Source: Phallusia mammillata
Taxonomy: Eukaryota
Length of the DNA: 64,000 nt
Direction of reading: 5' to 3'
Assembly (NCBI GenBank): GCA_965637545.1
Contig: OZ281501.1
Location: 12,152,001-12,216,000, forward strand
The notes under the pieces are model-generated. The model saw nothing but the letters and a program-made list of their open reading frames with translations, was not told the DNA's origin and searched no databases. The translations under genes and the position numbers were made by a program. Positions 54,531-64,000 of the stretch are shown here, in pieces (the stretch's first letter is position 1; each line of letters opens with the position of its first letter).

Positions 54531-57500
54531 GCGCCGGGGTGGCAGTTGGATTTTCTCGAAAGCGATGGACTCCTGTCAAACGGGCAACTATTTCATAGAC
54601 ATCCTGATCTCGGACAAATTTCATCGATACATCCGCTTGCAAGGCAGGCCTGGATAGAGACCGGAGTCTTTATCGACTTCGCAGCGTAAACGCAGATAAC
54701 GAGCTGTCAACGACCTTCTGGGCGTCTCCATCATCGCTTCCACTGTCTATTTTTTCGACAGCGCGACCACCAAAGACGATCACTTGCACCCGCCCACCGT
54801 CACAAATCGCTCGGCAATTAAAGCAAAATCCGACTCCCGAGCGACAGCTTAAATATACAAGCCAGCACGAATCGGCACAGCCTGCTCCATCGGTTTTGCA
54901 TTCGGCGTAAAATTCCGATTAAACCGTTTCAACGGCCAATCACCGTCTCGAGGTTGTTACTGGTTTCATTTCCATCTGTCGAGCAGCAAATTAGCTTGCA
55001 ATGTGCAGCAACAACGTTGCATTTGGTTCTTTTTATATAACAACGGTAATTACTTCGAAACACGATAAAATAGGCCATCCGATCCATTGATTTTTTACTG
55101 TTTTCCAAAAGGCTAAGACTTGATTTTTTTGTGTTGTATTACATACGATCCTGGTTATAAAACAAAAGTAATGCCCTTGCTCACAAATTTCTTCCTTAAT
55201 TATTGTTGAAAAATTGCATTTTCGCCCTGCGTTCCTCAAAGCAAACCAAGGAAGTTTTTGGACAATTTGCATGAAGCTTACAATTTAATGCTTGCATTTA
55301 AAGCCTGAACATTAAATATTGCGTTTAATATTAAGAACTCAAGTGTGTTTTTCTGCAGGTATTGTGTCAGATTAATTTCTAATAAATGTAAAGTTTTTTG
55401 TCTTGTGGTTTAATGCATTTTTTGTTAGCCGATCTGTACCAGACCTTCTGTATATGTAGTGAATTAATTTTATCAATTTATTTCTTCTGCGCTCCTGGAG
55501 GGACAACTTGATTAACTTAAACGTTATTTTAAATTCAGGATCCTGAAATATTGATTTGAAAGTGCGCATTACAATTTTCGCTTTTGCGTTGGGCGTTATA
55601 GGTGGGTGGCGAAGCAATCCTCTTTCAAATATGCGCAGTCGGCAATTGATCGGCTGCCTTGCTGCGAGTCATCCGTCATCACCACAACAGACGTTTACGT
55701 GGCGAAGGACAATCGCTTGCATTATTCAGCATAAGAGTCCTGACAGTATGTCGATAATGTGCGACGTCCAAAAAGAAAATAGGAAATGACTGTTGCGGTG
55801 CGCTGGGCAGCAGGTCAAGACTAGCACATGGAATTCCTGACTTACAACGCCACCTATGATATCCAAAGGCCAATAATTGTGATGGAAATTTGTGACTGCG
55901 TCTCGCCCCTATAAGTCATAAACCGTTGCATTGCAGTTTTTAACGTTTACATAAATTCAAATCAGCATGTATATTTAGTCCCCTCGGCCCAGATGGCGTT
56001 TCTGTTGAAAAGCAGAGACATACAATGTAAAAAACACGATTGCTCCCGGTTTGTATATACAGCAGAGGCAAACGGAGAGCGGCAGTGGTAAAAAAACAGG
56101 TGCTTTATATCAAGGAGTGTTGACGACCGAGCGCGCTGAAGGCCCCGCACGTCAAACTGCCACAATAATGAACGAGGGCGCTGACAGATGGTTCACATAT
56201 GAACGCCTCGCGGAATCACTTTACACAAAACACGAGGCGCATTAGAATGATGAACGGTGCCGCTCAGCCTACTTCAAAGCGCCTGATTTGTTTTGAATGG
56301 CAACCGTAACCCCGTGTAGTTAATGGAGAGGCATTTATTATCCTGTGCGCTTAAACGACTCCGGTTTGTTCGAGTGCCCCTGGCTCACGGACTTGTTGGA
56401 CCCTCCAGCGCCCCTGTGGGTCTGCTCCGGATTAAAACTCGCCCACAATGACGAATCACCGCGTGACACCTGACGTGTTTTCAGGTTGCGGTCGGACCGA
56501 GGTGCAAAAACTGTCGTCGGGGTCGCAGGAGTGGGTGCGTTGGTTCACGCCGCATCTGAGCTCACGCGGGGCTTCGGTGGGCAACCCGAAACCATTGACA
56601 GTTTGCGCCGCACACAAGCCAACTTTGATGTCGCGCCGAGAGTCGTTGAGCTTAATGAACCCTGTTTCCCCGCCGAGCGGGTGTCGGACGCTTCATTTTG
56701 CGCCCGCTCTTGTTTAGTAAATAACACATCGGCGCGTCCCGATCGCGGGGCCGTGTGTGGCACGTTATTGTTACCTGGTATCGACAACAGTCATCGGCTC
56801 AAACCCACCTTCAACAGTATCTGGTGCAGGGAGCCCGCCCTTCCATCGATGCGCGACTTCGGTTGAGATTCAAACCCGGCGTGAAATCGACCCTGTTTTA
56901 GGGATTTAAAGCTTTTTTGTCGTTTATAGTCGCGATCCGTCGATAAGGACGTCCTTCCTGAACGATCCCGGAGGTCGAAGTTTCGCGTTAAGGCAGCGTG
57001 AGAAGACGAAAGCACGCGGGAAAACCACATGGCGTAACATTCACAGCATTCAGTTATACCAACTGGTTTGATTCAGTATATCTAAAAGATGTCATGCAAA
57101 TGTAATGCTAAATGCCATACGCGGCATCAAAACCACATGAATATGCGAAAATATTGGACAATAAAGCGAAAAATGCTAAAATATTGGATATTTAAGGATT
57201 TCCACATTAAACTGAGCACAAGCAACCATCACAACAAGAATTTGTTTTCTGCTATTATGACAATGGAATCCCACAGCCGATGAATCTGTCAATGTACATC
57301 ATAATCCTAAACCAGCTTTCTTCTTTTGACGCATAAAATTGTTATCATAAATATAAAGTTTTGTTATGCCTTTACAACATTTCATTATTTTCTTTTTATG
57401 AATCAATTTGGTTGAAACGTTTTCTTTAACTCTGTAATCCACCTTTTTTCGTTTTGTGTGTATGGGTTATGGCAAAAAATGAATAGATACATCTGCTTGC

Positions 57501-60500
57501 AACAATTTTGGTAGCTACATATCAACACTTACCTAAAAATAGGATTTTGTCGTTCGACTATAAAAATAGATATTAGCTTCAAAATACAAAGAACTTCATT
57601 ACAAGCGAAAAGGTCAGAAATGTCAAGCTATGTGTTTACAAACATGGCCCGATTGACAGCAAATTAAACCTGGTTTAAAGTGAGGAAATTATGGTACATT
57701 GTTGAAGTGCATCTTATTTTCGCCACACTTTTAAAGTATTACGCAATTTTTAGGTTTTCTCTCCTAATTCCACTGATTCACAACACTCAATCAACGCCAA
57801 GATTACAATGAAAATAATGAACACTGGTTCAAATAAAACTAAAAAACGGATTAAAATTTTGGTGCTTTACAACGCAGGCTAATTTCTGGTAATTTTGAAA
57901 ATTTGCGCATTTTCCGCTCAGAAAAGTGACAAGCTGTCAATAACTTCGGTCTGTTAGTGCTTTCCGGGGCTAATTACTGCCCACCACTTGCTCGACTGTG
58001 CGTAAAGAGCTGACTAAAGGATTAACCCCTCTCTCAAACAAGTGGAAATTTTAAATCTGTTAATTCCCTGAGGTGTGCGGCTAAATTCCTTCGGCTTATT
58101 AACCGCAAATTGAGAGGTCAAAGTCGGTGTTTCGATGTAGGCAAGCCTTGTAAAAACTTTGCTGACAACGGCTATGTTGGAGAACTGCACGGTACAAATG
58201 ACTGTTGAGCTCCAACGTACAGAAAAGCGATTGTTCGGTTTATGAAATATTAGGCCATCGCGTGCACTATTGGTTTTACATTTACAATACAACCATTGTT
58301 TATAGAAACTGAAACAACAATTATTTGGTTTGAATGAAGCAGCCGGTTTCATATATGACTATATGACTTAGGTTATTCTATTGCATTGTGCTTCCATTTA
58401 ATTACTTTGCAATATGTTGTGTTTTACTGTATGGGGTTCGAGCAACAGCTTACCGTGTAGACTTTAGGATGTGCTTATTATACTCGGGAAAACAGGCGAA
58501 AAGTAAGGTAAATACCAGATCAATAGGAAAATACTTCAAAATGCCAAAACGTGACCGACAGAGGGAAACTTTTGAAGGTCCAGACTTCCCAGTTTGGATT
58601 GGTAAGTGCTACTGGGGCTCTCGACCCGGGAACGTGCGAGGTGGCAATAACAATACGCGCTCAGGCGTCTCCTGTTCTGCCGCATCCAGCAGTGGAGTCT
58701 GATCCTTCTCACACAACGACAAATAAATGCCGAGCTCTCACTCAGCGTTTGCGCGGAAAGTCGCCTTAGTATATACAAGGTGAAGGAGAAGTGGTGAAGC
58801 GGCGTCAATCACACAGGGCAGATTTCGACGCCCGGCCGAGGTGAGATTAATGCGCGCGGTCGACACATAAAGGCGTACGCAGCGCGCGACGTCGAAATAT
58901 CATGAATTGTGTTTGTAAAACATGTCATAAACCATTCGGCTGTTGGCCAAGCTGTCAGCGCGTTGACAAGCTTAGTGCGCCACTGTTTGTTTAGCCCTCC
59001 CGCCGGTTGCTTTCTCCCAACACCACTGATTCCGCGTCGGAATTTTGCGAAGGCCGGCTACAAGGCAAGGGCGCGCGGCTTTAAGCTATTTTCGAGAGGT
59101 AATTGCTCCAAGAAATTGCAACCGCACCACATAGCCACTGATATTTTGTTATTTACGGCAGCAAAAGCTCGAGCTCCGCGGCCCGTGCCTGTGCTTAAAT
59201 TGTTTACGCGCGCATAAATCACGGCCTTGTTCAACCTTGCCGGGCCCGAAAAAGAACAGCGAATAAAACCTCTTGGCTCGCTTGGATAATCGGCCGGATT
59301 GGTGCCGACAGCCAAACATAGGCCTTACCGGGCTTCACAAACAAACACCGATCGCTGATCGTCACACTTTAAAACAACGTGACGAACCGAAGTATGTGCG
59401 CTCAATGCCAGTGATTCACGCCTTGCTGCTGAGATTTCCTTCAAGCATGGTTATAAGGAAGAAGGGTCAGTTAGCGTTGATTTATTGCCTGGCAACTTAA
59501 CGACGCCTAATATTCGCAGCCTGCGTTTCTGTTAACGCTACCGTTTGATGAATTATGCAGGAAGTTAAAGACCGTCCGATTTGCTGGAATAACAGCGCTG
59601 ATGATGGGAAAAGGTGTACTGAATTTTTGAACTGGATAGCTTCCCTGCCTGTTGCCGCCGTGCGATACCAAAACCTATTGGGTAGTCGCTGTATTAGATT
59701 ATAATAGAATGGAACTTCCTTTTTTGATCGCTGAAACTGAGGTAACGCCGGTTTATATGCTATAGAGAAGACACAGGTCGCGTACAACCAACCTGATGTC
59801 CCTATGGTGTATCGTCGCTTTCCAGGAAAGTGGGCAAGGAAAAATCATCTTGAGTTACAGGATGCATCAAAGCGCGGTTTAGCTTGTTCAGCACAGCCTC
59901 CTTCCAACACACTGTTGACTACAACATCCCAGCGAGTGATGGCATGCACCGTCAATCAGCGGCGCCCGTACAAAATATCCGGTGTCTAAGTGGTGGCGCT
60001 AGGTCCCGACACGATCAAGCTTGTTACTCGCCCAGGGAGCAAGGGGCTTTACACAGGGGTGGTTGTGTTGTGATCGAAATTGACAGGCGAGCTGCGGCCG
60101 CAACCGAATGTCACGTAGCATGTACGTTAAAAGCATTTGACCCTGTCGTCGCGGCATATGTAGACCACCGCGCATTGTTTCGTGTGCGGAAGGCGTTTTC
60201 GCGTTTGTGATCAGCTAATATCCGTTGTCCTCGCCCCAAGTGCTTGTGTTCGGAAATCGCCTTGATGTGTCAGGTCCCAGTAACCTGACGGGCTACTGTT
60301 GCTGGGTGCTCAGCAAGCTTGTGTGTGGTAGCGAGTGAAACGTCGTCGTTGTGTGAACACAAATGCGATACTGGGTTTTCAGTGTCGATGCCGGACGAGT
60401 AGGGATCGCGCCTTTTCATTTCCTTCTTAATAAAGCTCGCTCGGCGAGTAATGAAAGGCTGACTGCGGAAGGGGGTCAGGGCGTCGTTGACAGGGGCGCA

Positions 60501-62862
60501 GCGCCCCGGCCGCGCAAAATGAATTGTCGAAGATTCGATTAGAAGCGCGCCGCGCGTTTGTTGCTGTGTAAACTGTCTCGGGTGTCAAAGAGCCCGGGCA
60601 GAAAAGATCAACAACTCGTCGAGGGCACTTAAGGCGCGAGAGAATAGGGAGAGAGGCACTGTACGCTTGTCAATCAATCATCATCTGGCCCTCCTTGGTT
60701 GGGGAGAGCGCCTGTTATTTTAAGAATGCGATAAGCGAAGCGGCAAGCTTCTCTTTCATCTCTCCAGGAGCATTGTGAGCCTTTGTCGGCTTGACACGGG
60801 AAAGACAGATTGCCTCTTTTCAGCTGTAAATCCCGCACACCCCGCGTGGGCTGCGCCGCCCTCACTCCAAATGCTTGAGCACTCCCGTTTCCGGTCGCTG
60901 CGTGGCGCTGTGGAGCGCGGTGGGTAACGAGTAGCTACTTGACGTGTTGTTTGCGCCAGACGACGCTTTGCGTTTAGTATATCTACTGCCTTGTAGTAGC
61001 CCAACATGGGTTAGAAATAATGTAAATTTGTTCAAAATTCAAACTATGAGTTTAGTCAAATCACATTTTTGATTAGGCGCAACCTCTGATGTCACAAACC
61101 AGTTACGTTCTTCGTTGTGGTTTTGCAAGTGAGGTAACAGCAACATATCTGTTCCTCAAACTATTTCAGGCACTAATTACACGCGTCAGACTGTCAGAAT
61201 AGTTGCGCGACAACAATGCATTCTTCCACAACTCAGACGGTGGCTTCTTTCAATCGAGAGGGTTTCTTTCACCACAGGCGCGTAATGAATCGGATTAGAT
61301 TACAGTTATGAGACCTTCCTTTCAGCACCCATTCATAATCGCCAGTTCTAATTACTTGTCAGGTGTCGCGGGCCCGTCCGACTCGAATCGAATCTCAATC
61401 GCGAGACACGAGCCCGGGGTGCTAAGCCTGTTCGTAATGGCCAAACAAAGACGGGAGCTGTCAGGGCGATTGAGGGACAGCCAAAAAAATGAAAGAGCTT
61501 TCAATCATCCGACGGGGAGAAAAAGGCGCAGCGACGGGGATTGCGCGGGAGCTAGCCGAGAAGTTCGATCAGTTAGGTTGCTCAGCGCCGCAAGTCGCAC
61601 GCCGCGCTTACGATCTTAGATTTGAAAACAAAAGCTATTGAGTTTGCTATTTATGATGAAAGCAGAACGACATGTTTCACTTTTAAAAGTGATTATGCAG
61701 GACAACGTTAGTTCTCAAATAGAAGGCAACGATTTTCTTGTGCAGTTTGATTTTAAGATGTTTGACTTTATAAATATGTCCTATGTGTTTGCTAGCAAAA
61801 GCGTTTGTAAAGGTGTGATATTTTAACTACTAGAAGTCATTAGAGTAAACGTGTGCAGCCCATTTTTTTCATTTTACTTTAAGAAGTTCCGCCAGGCCAA
61901 CAGGACAGACGAAAGTAAACAAACCAGCTAGGTGCAACTGACCGCGATGTGCCGTTTAAATTGCGATGTATTTATTTGTTGCGAAGTGCGCTTGACATAT
62001 CGACAAGCTGTCGAAGTTTCACGAGTCCGGTTGGAGATATGATAATGAGGGGCGTAAGTGACAGCATCAAGAAAGTTCGATCTAATAAACCTTGTTAACA
62101 TCAACTGTCAAAGCAAACGGGAACAAACACCAGGCTTCCTGCGAAAAATTACACGTCGGCAGTTTTCATTTTATCCAGTGTCAGTCATCAGGGTGTACGG
62201 AAACAACCGAAGTCGAACGTTGCGTTTTGCGAAACCCGGGGCTTTGCTTAGCCTCAACGCAGCCGTGACAGCCCTTGGTCCATCATCGCCCTTGCTTGCG
62301 ATCAGCCTGTCATCTCTTGTCATTTCGTTTCAGGAAGCTTTGTAGAGTTTAAGCACTGATTGCACTCTGCCTATTGACAACGATCACACCCGAAGCAGCT
62401 ATCAGACAACGGAAAAAGTCAACTAAAATGGCGGGACGAGCCCAGCAATATCTCCGCACCGAGTACATCCAGCCGCCGCCCGGTCCTCCCACGGTGAGTC
62501 ATGTTTGCAAGAGTTTGTGGAAGATAACAGAACATAGCGGCGTAAGATAAGAACGCTGCAAAGCATGTGCTGCTGACCCTGTGGGTCTTCATGTGCGGTT
62601 TTTAATGATGTCATACACCACGCAAAAATGTCACGTATCCATTCCCTGTTTGTGGTTTTATTTACCAATTATCAGGTACGGGCTCGAAAATTAACTGTGA
62701 CGTGTAATTGCAACCCGGTGGTAATCAATTGCCGATGACCCTTAAAGACAAACAAAATGAAGGCCAAGAGGATTTGCGCAGCGCACTAGACACGAGGTCT
62801 ATCGATTTTCAACTTGTCAAGCGCCGCGGTGCGCTAGATCTAAACCGAGAACTGCAACTGAG

Positions 62863-62879
62863 TGACCTACAACTGACCC
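62863..62879 (-). promoter_or_regulatory. Perfect DR5 element (candidate retinoic acid response element)
   Basis: TGACCT-ACAAC-TGACCC reads GGGTCA-N5-AGGTCA on the minus strand; an extra TGACCT lies at 62895-62900. Confidence 0.45.
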
Positions 62880-63322
62880 GGGCCGTCCCGGCACTGACCT
62901 GCCAATTCATCGGCGTTCGCTTGCAAGACAGGGACCCGGGGCGGGTTGGCGTCGGGCGCACAGGGTCGTAAATTACCAAACGCCGCGGCGTCGAGATTGC
63001 GGCGTTCGGGAATCATGTATACAAAGCCCAAACAGCCGCATTCATCACACTAAAACGTGGCTATTTTGAGTGGCCGCGGAAGTGGCAGGGCTTATCAATA
63101 GAGGGAATTGCGGAAACGAGCTTGACGTCGTTGCTATAAGGTCGATGACTTCCAACAGCTCGCCGCCATCGCACCCCCTTAGCACCAAAAGGCGCGCGCC
63201 GCAAAATACAGAGGCACCGTGGCAATAAATTTTGTTTTTATCGATGCGGTCAAACGTGTTCGTTGTATGTAAAAGACATGACCGATCGCAAACTCCACCC
63301 ACTAGTGTACAGCGAACAAAAA

Positions 63323-63391
63323 AGCGCGAGCGAAGTTAAAGAGGAAAATTAGAAAAAACAGCGCGAGCGAAGTTAAAGAGGAAAATTAGAA
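63323..63391. repeat. Perfect 32-bp direct repeat, 37-bp period
   Basis: AGCGCGAGCGAAGTTAAAGAGGAAAATTAGAA at 63323 and 63360. Confidence 0.92.
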
Positions 63392-64000
63392 TATATCACG
63401 CAGCCGCCATTAATCAGAAATAGTAAAATTAAGGGCAGGCTGGATTGTCGAAATTCAATGGCACAAGCTGTGGCCCGGATCCTTGACAAAACACACACGC
63501 ACCAGGCTTTACCGGGGCTCCTTTATCCTCGGGTGGCAAATATTTTGGGATCGTGTTGGCATCTGAGAGCCAATCCATCAACATGGTAATCCCACAGCCT
63601 TCGCTGTAACTCCACCTGACGCAGTCACTCGTCGCCGCATTGTGTTGTTCGTCAGCGGCCCCGGGAAACGTTTGGGTCCTTTGTTTCTCCAAAGGGCGGC
63701 CATTGGGATCCGTCATTAATCCCTCAAGAACCGCGGATTTTATTTATCCCTGAAGGTGACGTCATTAGAGGGTTGGTGGTGAGGGGCTGCCGCAGTTACG
63801 CACCGGCAGTCCTGTTCCGTAAACATAGTGGTATATACTCAATTACCGTTGCGCTATAAGCCAAAGCGACGGGCGTACAAAAACCGTGCGGTCGCGCAAG
63901 ATTTCACGCAATTGATCAGCGGGGTCGGGCGGATAGCTTACTCTCGTCCATGGATGCTCCACTTGCTACGTCAGCGCTTTGAAGTTTCCTTCATTACTGC

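Noticed and set aside
56486-63716. Small ORFs in the distal region (56486-56866 +, 59884-60210 +, 60756-61007 -, 62708-62971 +, 63429-63716 -)
   Set aside because: Their lengths are expected in GC-richer DNA, and none has splice support or a recognisable domain; they cannot be fully excluded without expression data.

Overview
Eukaryotic, AT-rich genomic window with compact multi-exon genes and short GT-AG introns. It most resembles an ascidian or other invertebrate chordate; this is inferred from intron size, protein similarity recalled from chordate orthologues and a Ciona-like tRNA SINE. Three genes lie in tandem on the minus strand: the 5' part of an FHOD1/3 formin (running off the left edge), RUNDC1 and RIF1. 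RIF1 is head-to-head with a plus-strand BOULE (BOLL) germ-cell RRM gene. The standout is a 27-exon plus-strand model (38004-50731) that I spliced by hand with every intron phase compatible. It gives about 1334 aa: an acidic, proline-rich, apparently disordered N-terminal tail of about 1060 aa fused to a complete 8-cysteine (TspanC8-type) tetraspanin. An intronic stop plus AATAAA just before the tetraspanin exons could alternatively split the product in two. The introns hold many different hAT-type MITEs with 8-bp target-site duplications, a Helentron/DINE-like composite and a tRNA-derived SINE. The last ~13 kb has no recognisable gene, is CpG-rich and carries clusters of nuclear-receptor half-sites, including a perfect DR5. 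All gene identities come from recalled sequence similarity, not from database searches.
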